Positions 39,344 to 47,562 of a stretch of DNA of 64,000 nt are shown in pieces (within the stretch, counting starts at the first letter, position 1; each line of letters starts with the position of its first letter). The translations under genes were made by a program, and so were the position numbers. Location: IMG/VR virus record IMGVR_UViG_3300043449_002710, positions 62,001 to 126,000 of that record; one strand, given 5' to 3'. The notes below the pieces were generated by a model that was given only the letters and a program-made list of their open reading frames with translations, ran no database searches and was not told the DNA's origin.

Positions 39344-39419
39344 TCAGGGATAGCTCAGTTGGTAGAGCAACCGGCTGTTAACCGGTTGGTCGGGGGTTCG
39401 AATCCCTCTCCCTGAGCCA
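39344..39419 (+). tRNA. trnN: tRNA-Asn (GTT)
   Basis: TCAGGGA/TCCCTGA acceptor, ACCGG-CTGTTAA-CCGGT anticodon arm, GGTTCGAATCC, encoded CCA. Confidence 0.97.
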
Positions 39420-39514
39420 CTTATACTTCTTTCACTTCTTTTTGTTTCCACCCCATCCACTCAGCATAAAATATCAGATTATCTTAGTAGTAGAACCAAT
39501 CCGTGGGGTGCCAA

Positions 39515-40234
39515 ATGGCTCTTTTGAATGTTCCGGCAAGTGTGGTGAAAGGCGTTCCAGCTCAAGTAACTCTGATTAAGTCAGACGTGCTTTTATTGCC
39601 AGAAGTTCAAGCCGACAGTTTTTGGACCCAAAACGGCGGAGAAGACATCTATCAAGTCTGGGTAGACTACCGCTCTAGCGTGGGTGCTCAGCGCAAGGTT
39701 TTGATTTTCAATTTTTCAGACGCTAACCCAACGACCTCTGTCGAGTTTTCCACTAAATCTAGACCTCAGTTTGAGATCTCCAAAATCACCTTAGTCGATT
39801 TCGACGGCGGCAAACTGGTCATCAATCGAGACGCTCTTCTCGTTACTTTCCCCACTCTAACTAATACCAATATTTCTCCTCAGTCAGAATCACCCCCACC
39901 CACTTGGGGCCCAGAGCTTTCTGGCTATTTCCTTCCAGATAATTGCGATCCGATAAATGACGAGATGTTTATTACCGCAGATATAGCACCGCCCGAATTT
40001 GGAGATCTTCAGTACGTTGTGAATGGCAGAGCTGTAAAATTTGCTGGAGTTAATTTGCCTGGTGGAATGGTAGCTGGTCAAATTTATTACATCGGTTCTG
40101 CAACCGCAAACAGCAATGTTTTTTACGGTATCAATCGCTGGCGTAAAATTTATCGAGATGCGGCTCTCACTCAACTGTTAGACATCACGAGCAGTGGATC
40201 TGGTGTGATTAACGCCACTGTTGCATTAGCTTAG
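39515..40234 (+). CDS. modular virion-type protein, family X copy 1
   Basis: Shared ~120-aa N-domain with 40255 and 53115 genes; C-terminal LPGGMVAGQIYYI...LLDITSSGSG module. Confidence 0.7.
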   Translation: MALLNVPASVVKGVPAQVTLIKSDVLLLPEVQADSFWTQNGGEDIYQVWVDYRSSVGAQRKVLIFNFSDANPTTSVEFSTKSRPQFEISKITLVDFDGGKLVINRDALLVTFPTLTNTNISPQSESPPPTWGPELSGYFLPDNCDPINDEMFITADIAPPEFGDLQYVVNGRAVKFAGVNLPGGMVAGQIYYIGSATANSNVFYGINRWRKIYRDAALTQLLDITSSGSGVINATVALA

Positions 40235-40254
40235 TTTTTAATAGAGAGGTAAAA

Positions 40255-41163
40255 ATGTCTCTTTTAAGCGTCCCACAAGTAACCAAAGGCAATCGGGCTC
40301 AAATTGCTTTGATCAAAGCGGATGTTCTCGCATTACCTGAAGTCCAAGCCGATAGCTTCTGGACTCAAAATGGTGGAGAAAATATCAGGCAGGTCTTGGT
40401 AGATTACCATTCTACGGCTGGAGGGCAGAGAAAAATTCTCACCTTTAATTTTGCCGATAGTACCCCTTCCGATTTTATTTGGTTTTCTGAAAAAGCGAGG
40501 TCAGACTTTCAGATCCTCAAGATCGTTTTGATTGACTATGATGGAGGTAGACTTACCATCAATCGCAAGAAGCTTCTGGCATCTTTCCCCAATCTGACTG
40601 CAGAAGACATCTCCCTAACACTATCTATCCTAGAAACAGTTCCATTTTCTTCATTGAATGATTATGGAAACTTGGCTCACTGGTCCGAAGGTGGAGAGGC
40701 CCAAGTTGTCACCCCAGGCGCAAATGGGATTTTTTCAAAAATAACCATGGCCTTAAAACGTGACCACTTTCGCTCGTCAGCGACAATGAATTCTAATCCT
40801 TCTCCATCTTTTGATGTTAACGTTAAAGTTTATGAATTTATTGGTGGAGCAATTGGACAGTTAATTGGAACATCCGAGCCCATTAATAGCGAAACTTTTA
40901 ATCAGTATCTAGGTGGTTTTACTTTTACAGATTCAGATCTTGTTACATTTAATTTTCTCTCATCCTTTTCTTTGGAATCAGGGACGAGCTATCTTGTTGT
41001 TTTAGCTCCCCTTAATACAGTGCCTACAGGAGGAAGCATTGTAGTCGGCGTGGCCGATCAATCCTATTCCGGTGGCGAAGTCTACGAATTTGATGATTAT
41101 TTAGCTATGATAAATGCATCCTCTTGGGGGCCTGGCTACGCAATTTATTTAAAGATTCAATAA
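40255..41163 (+). CDS. modular virion-type protein, family X copy 2
   Basis: LPEVQADSFWTQNGGE identical to copy 1; different beta-sandwich-like C-terminal domain. Confidence 0.7.
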   Translation: MSLLSVPQVTKGNRAQIALIKADVLALPEVQADSFWTQNGGENIRQVLVDYHSTAGGQRKILTFNFADSTPSDFIWFSEKARSDFQILKIVLIDYDGGRLTINRKKLLASFPNLTAEDISLTLSILETVPFSSLNDYGNLAHWSEGGEAQVVTPGANGIFSKITMALKRDHFRSSATMNSNPSPSFDVNVKVYEFIGGAIGQLIGTSEPINSETFNQYLGGFTFTDSDLVTFNFLSSFSLESGTSYLVVLAPLNTVPTGGSIVVGVADQSYSGGEVYEFDDYLAMINASSWGPGYAIYLKIQ

Positions 41164-41266
41164 ATAATAATTACATCGATTTACCTGTCATTTGGAACGG
41201 TGATGGCACTAAATTCTGTGATTTACAGACCAATGTCAACATGACTAACCTGGACGTAAATGGTTT

Positions 41267-41545
41267 TCACTTCTCCTCCAGTTCGTCAGAACTGACCAGC
41301 GCGGCTCTGGCGTCTTTCAGCATGTTGTCGATTAAAAATCTGCCCATGTGAAATGCGACGATAGTGCGAATCGTGGGGTCAAACTCTTCAAGATTGCGTG
41401 GAGGACAAAAATCTTCGGAGTATGCGCGACGGTAATTTTTGAGATACTGAATGACTTCTTTTAAAGTTTCTGTACGTTCGCTCATTTCCCCTCCAGAGCT
41501 GATCGGCCCTTTTTTATTGTATGATTCCGCCTGCGCCTGTTCCAC
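41267..41545 (-). CDS. hypothetical protein
   Basis: GGAGGGG RBS before internal MSERTE start. Confidence 0.5.
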   Translation of the reverse strand: MEQAQAESYNKKGPISSGGEMSERTETLKEVIQYLKNYRRAYSEDFCPPRNLEEFDPTIRTIVAFHMGRFLIDNMLKDARAALVSSDELEEK

Positions 41546-42602
41546 CCGTCATTGGAATCAATCCAACTCCAGCACTAAAACTTCCGTTGATGGTCCCAGG
41601 CAAGTAGGAACCTATGGCATGAGCTTGGGTGTAATCCATCAAAGCCGCATAGAAAACATTTTGAAGCGGGCCTTCTGCTCCGGTTTGAGACTTTACCTGA
41701 CTTGCGCAATCTTCCCCAATCAAAGTCCCGCCTGAGATATAGGTGTAAGTGACCTCGATAGTAGTATGTGTGTCCACAGAGAAAAAAAGATTCTTTCCAC
41801 GAAACTGAGGAGCAAGCGTAGTGTTATTGGAAACTCGACTGATGCTTAAGGGGAGCTGAGTCAAGGTCACACTGTTTCCAGCAAATTGATTGGGCTCAAA
41901 GGACTCGACCGTGTCTACCGAAACATCATCGATTAGATCCCAATAAGTATAAAACACTTGGATCGGCAACGGGACACTTTGTAGGGGAGTATTACTGAGA
42001 GTGACTGTCTTGCCTAGGAATGAAAAAAGTAAATCGCTGGCTGTGACTCGGATCGAATCCGGGTCCACAGGCTGATGATTTAATGCCACGTATTTCTGCC
42101 CTACGATCCCGGTTTCATCTCCAGTGGAGTCGGTTAAGAAATCTGAAATCTTAAAGGAAACCGTTTCTTCTTGCAGCTTGTTGAAAGTGCCTTTGACGCC
42201 ACTCCCAAGCGTTAAGACCCCAGGGGAAAGCGGGGTGTTGGTGGATACCCCAAGGATAGTCCCAAAGGCGAAACTCATCTTGCCCGAGTTCATCACGTAA
42301 TTGATCACAGCCGTATTCTCTGGCATCACAAGCGGGCCCTTCAAAGCGGGAAGCGCAATCGCGGTCATCAGAGCCGGGATCAAAGTCGCTTTCCCCTCGC
42401 TAGCCGATCCTGTGACCACATTCAGTAGGCTCACCGCTTGAACCGTGCCAGAAGCGTTATTTAAAATCCCGGCCTTCAGACATGCACAAAATCCTTCGGC
42501 ATACGCAACCATCGCTTCAGGAAGCTGAACCTGACCATCTTTGTCAGGGGGTGCCCCCAAGACTCGGTAGAGAAGCTCGGCTAAGTCTTGGGCTATGAGC
42601 AT
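41514..42602 (-). CDS. virion protein downstream of spike gene
   Basis: 362 aa, coupled to the spike-like gene; LNHQPVDPDSIRV motif also found in the sheath. Confidence 0.55.
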   Translation of the reverse strand: MLIAQDLAELLYRVLGAPPDKDGQVQLPEAMVAYAEGFCACLKAGILNNASGTVQAVSLLNVVTGSASEGKATLIPALMTAIALPALKGPLVMPENTAVINYVMNSGKMSFAFGTILGVSTNTPLSPGVLTLGSGVKGTFNKLQEETVSFKISDFLTDSTGDETGIVGQKYVALNHQPVDPDSIRVTASDLLFSFLGKTVTLSNTPLQSVPLPIQVFYTYWDLIDDVSVDTVESFEPNQFAGNSVTLTQLPLSISRVSNNTTLAPQFRGKNLFFSVDTHTTIEVTYTYISGGTLIGEDCASQVKSQTGAEGPLQNVFYAALMDYTQAHAIGSYLPGTINGSFSAGVGLIPMTGGTGAGGIIQ

Positions 42603-43771
42603 TAAAAAGACCCTTTGAGAGGTGCCAAACGGGCTGCAAGCTGGGCGTAGGTCGCAACCCCGGTGATTGGGGCCCCAAACCCAACGGCAGTCTCAATCGA
42701 AAGCGCCTGGAGGGTTTGAATTAAGATATCCACTAATTCGACCGTATCGTTGCCTAGCGCCACCTTACTGCCTGTGAGTCTGAGCTTGGCTCCCGAGCCC
42801 TCTAAAAACGCCTCAGAGGCCGTAGCACGGTAGTTTCCTTCGACGGTTAGGGTAGAGTCTCCCCCCACGGTCGTTTCTTGATCCACGCCCACCTGAAAGC
42901 TCAAATCCCCATCTGGGATCTGAAGCTCATACCCCGTCTCTGCTGTCGAAGGTAAGGAGACAAGCCAGTTGCCGTTTTGGTCAATCGCTTGTTGAGCAAA
43001 TTCGTCGGTTGTTGTGTACCAAGTCTTCTGAGATCTCAGAGGGACGGATGTTGAGGAATGCAAAACTTCCACTCCAAGATCGTCGTAGACATGCCCTTCT
43101 TGGGATTTGAATAAAACGGCGGGGGCAGACCCTGCTGGGTTTTTCAACTGCAGGTAGTGCTCGGCCAAGAACTTCTTATTCTTCTGCGGGAAGAATTCAT
43201 CGATGGCTGAACTCCAGCGTTTGATCACCCCAAGTCTCTCTTCGTCACCCATTTGCCCGACATCGTGAAATAAAAGCTCGCGCTTGAAGGTGGGGGCAGA
43301 ATCACTTTTGCTTTGATTGTCACGAGAGAGCTGGCTTTTAATCGTGGCACCAGATCTCAAATCCAAGTGTCCTCGCTTGCTGAAATAAGCCAAAGCCCCA
43401 CCCGAGGAAGCCAGATCATGTTCACCGGGTTCTAGGGTCCGATAAAGATTCAGGCCTTTTGTATAGTCTTGGGATCTTTTCCCTGGGGACATCGGCATGG
43501 TCTTGATCGCTTCGGCTTGCCCGGTGTCGAATCGGTTTTGCATCAAAAAACGAGATCCGGTTTCGGGCACAGATCTGATCCAACTTGTCAGCCCCGTGAA
43601 GGGGTGCTGAATCGGCATTTTTCTTTCGCGAGTCGGACCAAAAGAAACCCCCATCTCATCCGCATCACTTTGAATGGAAACCACTAGGCCTTCAAAGGGA
43701 CCTAGTTTTCCTTGCTCATAAGCTTGGGTGCGGGCGGCTTCGCGTGACGCTATCTGGATTGGAGTTTCCAC
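42602..43771 (-). CDS. baseplate central spike / puncturing protein (gp5/gpV/Mu gp45-like)
   Basis: N-terminal G.VVSI...P...SWIRSVPE.GS OB-fold-like pattern; C-terminal VG.D..TTVGGD..LTVEGN beta-helix repeats. Confidence 0.65.
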   Translation of the reverse strand: METPIQIASREAARTQAYEQGKLGPFEGLVVSIQSDADEMGVSFGPTRERKMPIQHPFTGLTSWIRSVPETGSRFLMQNRFDTGQAEAIKTMPMSPGKRSQDYTKGLNLYRTLEPGEHDLASSGGALAYFSKRGHLDLRSGATIKSQLSRDNQSKSDSAPTFKRELLFHDVGQMGDEERLGVIKRWSSAIDEFFPQKNKKFLAEHYLQLKNPAGSAPAVLFKSQEGHVYDDLGVEVLHSSTSVPLRSQKTWYTTTDEFAQQAIDQNGNWLVSLPSTAETGYELQIPDGDLSFQVGVDQETTVGGDSTLTVEGNYRATASEAFLEGSGAKLRLTGSKVALGNDTVELVDILIQTLQALSIETAVGFGAPITGVATYAQLAARLAPLKGSF

Positions 43772-43866
43772 AGCAGAACCTTCTTAAAGTTAAAAAGCAG
43801 GGGTCTCATCCATGAGACCAAAGTCCTCCATGACTTCCTGCTCATTAAACAATAAACTTATATTTG

Positions 43867-43914
43867 ATTAAGCTTCTTCAAAGGGCTGTTATTAAGCTTC
43901 TTCAAAGGGCTGTT
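43867..43914. repeat. perfect 24-bp tandem duplication
   Basis: ATTAAGCTTCTTCAAAGGGCTGTT at 43867-43890 and 43891-43914. Confidence 0.95.
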
Positions 43915-44551
43915 CTGGTTGAGCGTGTAGCTCAGCTAATGCCGATTCTGCGAAGCTCCGAATCGTGGTTTCGTTTTTACATTGGCTAATGATAAAAGCG
44001 AAATCCGCTTCATTCAGGGCGGGCTTCATTCTTTTGAGCTGCAAGAGTGTATCTTTGGAAGACTTCTCTTTGGATTGGAAGGATACGATTAGGCCTTTTA
44101 CTTTCAAAGAGACCTCATCGGAATCGTCACTCTGATTGAGTACGTCTGCGGCTGAAAGAACCGGGCCTTGAGATTTTTTGTTCAAGCGCTCCATGGTATC
44201 TCTCACGGCATTGGAAGGAGCACTGTCCGAATAGACGGACATGGAAAGCGCTTTCATTTGCTCTTTGGCTTCCTTGGTATTCAACTGCTTCATAGCCGCT
44301 TCTGGATCGACCAAAAGCAAGGTCTGATTGAAAAGAAGGCGGCGGATGTCTGTGCTCTCGCGAATCGAATCGCTAGAAAACTGTGCCGAGACATTGATAG
44401 GAATATCGGTCGGAGGAATCTTGAGCGTCTGATTTCTTCCGTTTTTATCCTTCAAAGCGATAACCAGCAAAAGCTGGGTCTTCAGTGCGTTGTTTCTCAC
44501 GAACACAGGTTTTTTGTTATCGAGTAAATCGTCCAAATCGAGCTTTCTCAT
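43892..44551 (-). CDS. hypothetical protein
   Basis: 219-aa ORF, GGGGA RBS. Confidence 0.7.
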   Translation of the reverse strand: MRKLDLDDLLDNKKPVFVRNNALKTQLLLVIALKDKNGRNQTLKIPPTDIPINVSAQFSSDSIRESTDIRRLLFNQTLLLVDPEAAMKQLNTKEAKEQMKALSMSVYSDSAPSNAVRDTMERLNKKSQGPVLSAADVLNQSDDSDEVSLKVKGLIVSFQSKEKSSKDTLLQLKRMKPALNEADFAFIISQCKNETTIRSFAESALAELHAQPEQPFEEA

Positions 44552-44610
44552 TTAGTCCCCTTTTCAAATACAGTTTGAATTAGTTTTACTAATTCGAGTG
44601 TTATTTTTAA

Positions 44611-45435
44611 TTGGGGAGGCTTACCCTTATGGATTTACTCAAGAAAATGACCGAATTTTTCTCGGGTCTTTATCTGCAAGCAATCACCAAGCAAGAACCC
44701 GCGAGGCCAAATCCTGAAGTCACCCTCTCGGCTATTAGGGAAGCCATCGATCCCAAAGAAGCCCCTTTAGAAGTGATCGCTCAACCCCCAGTAGCTGAAG
44801 TCACAAAGCTCACCAATTTACCCGAACAAGTCTTGTGGTGCCCTTTTGCGGTGAAACGTAAAGAAGCGATGACCACTCGCGGCAAGTACAGAAAGGGCTA
44901 CCCTGAAGGGGCAATCGTTCACTTTACGAGCGGCTCATCGGCTGAAAGTTCCTTTCAGCATGGGTTGAGATCGGGGTATTGTTTTTTTGTCATTCATGAG
45001 GATGGAACGATCTGGCAATCTTTTCCATTAGACTCTTGGGGTTATCATGCGGGCGAATCCTTCCACCCTAAATTAGGCAACGGGGTATCTCGTTATCTAG
45101 TTGGGATTGAAATTTCAAATGCTGGGGTTTTGACAAAAAAACCAGACGGTACTTTTGAAACTTGGTTCGGAAGATTGATCCCATCTTCTCAGGTCAGGCA
45201 TATCCCTAAAAAAATGGAAAACATGCAGCCTGGATATTATGCAAGATACACAGAGAACCAAGAGCAGAGTTTAAGAAAATTGGTTCAATGGCTAAAGATG
45301 AACCACCCCACGGTTTTTGATTACTCTTTGGTTCTTGGGCACGATGAGGTTGCGCCACAAAGGAAATCAGATCCCGGTGGGGCTTTATCCGTCACCATGG
45401 TTGACTTCAGGGATTCTTTGAAAAAGAGCGTCTAA
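44611..45435 (+). CDS. N-acetylmuramoyl-L-alanine amidase (Amidase_2), probable endolysin
   Basis: IVHFT, FVI..DGTI.Q......YHAG, VGIE, LGH.EVAP.RK.DPG Zn-amidase motifs; likely start ATG 44629. Confidence 0.88.
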   Translation: MGRLTLMDLLKKMTEFFSGLYLQAITKQEPARPNPEVTLSAIREAIDPKEAPLEVIAQPPVAEVTKLTNLPEQVLWCPFAVKRKEAMTTRGKYRKGYPEGAIVHFTSGSSAESSFQHGLRSGYCFFVIHEDGTIWQSFPLDSWGYHAGESFHPKLGNGVSRYLVGIEISNAGVLTKKPDGTFETWFGRLIPSSQVRHIPKKMENMQPGYYARYTENQEQSLRKLVQWLKMNHPTVFDYSLVLGHDEVAPQRKSDPGGALSVTMVDFRDSLKKSV

Positions 45436-45741
45436 TTATCGGCCTTTTCTTTTCTTAGACAGCCGCTCTTCGGTTTCATCGTGTGCATCAGCCGGGTCGT
45501 ATTTAGGCTGCTTTTTCTTTTTGTCTTTTTTAACTTCTCTCGAAATGGCATCCGAGATCTTTGTGATGTGAACGGCGTTGACGGTGATCAGGGAATTTCT
45601 ACCTGCTTCGGGAGGTATCTTCACTAGCCAGTGAGTGCCATAGGCGATTCCAACTAATTCGCCTAGACCCGTGTAACCTGATTTAGAACAGGTGACTTCT
45701 ACGCAATCTCCTTCGTTCAGGAGCTTCATGCTTACCACCAT
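45436..45741 (-). CDS. hypothetical SH3-like/basic protein
   Basis: 101-aa ORF, GD.VEV...G.GELVG pattern, Lys-rich tail. Confidence 0.5.
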   Translation of the reverse strand: MVVSMKLLNEGDCVEVTCSKSGYTGLGELVGIAYGTHWLVKIPPEAGRNSLITVNAVHITKISDAISREVKKDKKKKQPKYDPADAHDETEERLSKKRKGR

Positions 45742-45854
45742 CCTTGGTAATTTAAAGGGAAAAGTAGAAATGGGAAGTTTCCATAGCCCTACGACCCTTA
45801 AGTAGAAAATAAGTGTGAAAATGTTGTACTTTTACGTCCCGAGAAGGAATAAAT

Positions 45855-47519
45855 GTGGGGATGAGGCATAACCAAAAATACACAACTGAACAGATCAATA
45901 CCTTGATCTTAGCTCGGGGTTATTTGGTTGACCCGGAATTTGTGTGGTTGGGAGCTAACAAAAGCGATATTTCTTTTTTTTGTCCCCGCCATGGCAAGAG
46001 GACTACACATTGGTCCAATTTCCGAAAAGGAAAAAGTTGTAAGTTGTGCGCTAGCGAGCAACAAGCTCAGAAAAAAATCAGTAAAATCGATTGGCCTACC
46101 CGGGTTAACGAACTTTTAAATGAAAGAAATTTTAGCCTGCTAGAAAGACCTGAAACACTTTATTCTTTCGCTAAAATAAAAGTACGCTGTAATGTGGATC
46201 AGCACGAGTGGTGGACTTGCTACAACCACCTAAAAGCGCACAAAAAAGGTTGTTTGGTTTGCGCGGGTTTATTGAAAACTTCTTTTACCGAGGTTAAAAA
46301 GAAACTGCAGGAAGAAGAGTTTAAAGTTACTGGGGATCTTCTTCCTATTACTTTCAACAGCCAAACTCCAATAGAAGTGATTTGTCCCCAAGGGCACGCT
46401 ACAACCACCAATGCAAACAAAGTGCAGCGAGGTTATGGCTGCAAATATTGCGCTGAAAAAGCACTCACCCAAGAAGAGGTCATACAACGCCTTAAAACAC
46501 GTGGGTTCACAAGCACGGATTCGTACAAAGGAGTGCATACTCCAATGCACTTAGTTTGCGAAAATGGGCACGATGTTTTTAAGTCCTACATGGCGATATG
46601 GCATGATGAAACTCAGTGCTCCTCTTGTCGTCCCCCTTATTCATCTAAGCCGGAAGAAGAAATTTCCTCTTGGCTGAAGACTCTCCTCCCAGAAAACGAT
46701 ATTTTAAGAAGCGATCGGATTCTTTTGGATGGGAATGAAGTGGACATTTACATTCCTTCCAAAAAGCTGGGGATTGAATTCAATGGTCTTTATTTTCATA
46801 CAGAAATTGCCTTGATGCGATCGGGGCGCACACTTCTGGAAGCTCAAGCTTACCATCAGAGTAAAACGGTTCGTGCGGCCCAAAAAGGGGTTCAGCTCAT
46901 CACCCTATGGGATTTCGAATGGGAGATGCGGCAGCAGGCTGTGAAAACAAGATTGAAATCTCTGTTGGGCCTAAATTCATTTAGAGTGGGTGCAAGAAAG
47001 ACCACACTCAGGTCTTTGAATAAAAATGAGTGGAGAACAGTTCGGGATTTCCTAAACACTTACCACATTCAAGGCTCAGCTTCTTTTAAGTATGCTTACG
47101 GGCTTTTTTTAAAAGACGAGTTGGTCAGCGTCATGACTTTTCAAAATCACCACAGACAAAACGTGGATAGAGGCACTTTGGTTTTGAATCGTTATTGTGT
47201 GAAAGAAGACTTTTCTATTAGTGGAGGAGCTACAAAACTCTTTCAATATGCACACAAAGAACTGTCATGCCCCATCTTGAGTTATTCTGACAATCGTTGG
47301 TCCACGGGTGATGTGTATGAAAAATTGGGATTTACTGCCATCAAAAGATCCAGGCCTGATTATTTTTACTCTTTTAGGGGGAAGGGACCTTTTTCGAAGC
47401 AGTCATTAAAGAAAACGCCCGAAGAAAGAAAGTCTGATAAAACAGAACGGGATTTGCGATTGGAACAGGATTACCAGCGGGTTTGGGACTGCGGAAAGAT
47501 CACTTGGCTTTATAAATAA
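45855..47519 (+). CDS. putative free-standing homing endonuclease (Hef-like): Zn-ribbon repeats + PD-(D/E)XK + GNAT-like domain
   Basis: Four C..GH...C..C repeats; S.PE.EI, EVDIYIPSKKLGIEFNGLYFH; C-terminal YSDNRWS.G.VY..LGF..PDY...DCG. Confidence 0.75.
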   Translation: MGMRHNQKYTTEQINTLILARGYLVDPEFVWLGANKSDISFFCPRHGKRTTHWSNFRKGKSCKLCASEQQAQKKISKIDWPTRVNELLNERNFSLLERPETLYSFAKIKVRCNVDQHEWWTCYNHLKAHKKGCLVCAGLLKTSFTEVKKKLQEEEFKVTGDLLPITFNSQTPIEVICPQGHATTTNANKVQRGYGCKYCAEKALTQEEVIQRLKTRGFTSTDSYKGVHTPMHLVCENGHDVFKSYMAIWHDETQCSSCRPPYSSKPEEEISSWLKTLLPENDILRSDRILLDGNEVDIYIPSKKLGIEFNGLYFHTEIALMRSGRTLLEAQAYHQSKTVRAAQKGVQLITLWDFEWEMRQQAVKTRLKSLLGLNSFRVGARKTTLRSLNKNEWRTVRDFLNTYHIQGSASFKYAYGLFLKDELVSVMTFQNHHRQNVDRGTLVLNRYCVKEDFSISGGATKLFQYAHKELSCPILSYSDNRWSTGDVYEKLGFTAIKRSRPDYFYSFRGKGPFSKQSLKKTPEERKSDKTERDLRLEQDYQRVWDCGKITWLYK

Positions 47520-47549
47520 AAAAGGAGGGGAGTTTCCTCCCCTCCTTTT
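47520..47549. terminator. bidirectional Rho-independent terminator
   Basis: AAAAGGAGGGGAG-TTTC-CTCCCCTCCTTTT perfect inverted repeat between convergent genes. Confidence 0.9.
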
Positions 47550-47562
47550 AATGCTAAGCGTC

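Noticed and set aside
39208-39419. attP/prophage integration site at the tRNAs
   Set aside because: No duplicated tRNA 3' end and no integrase seen in the window
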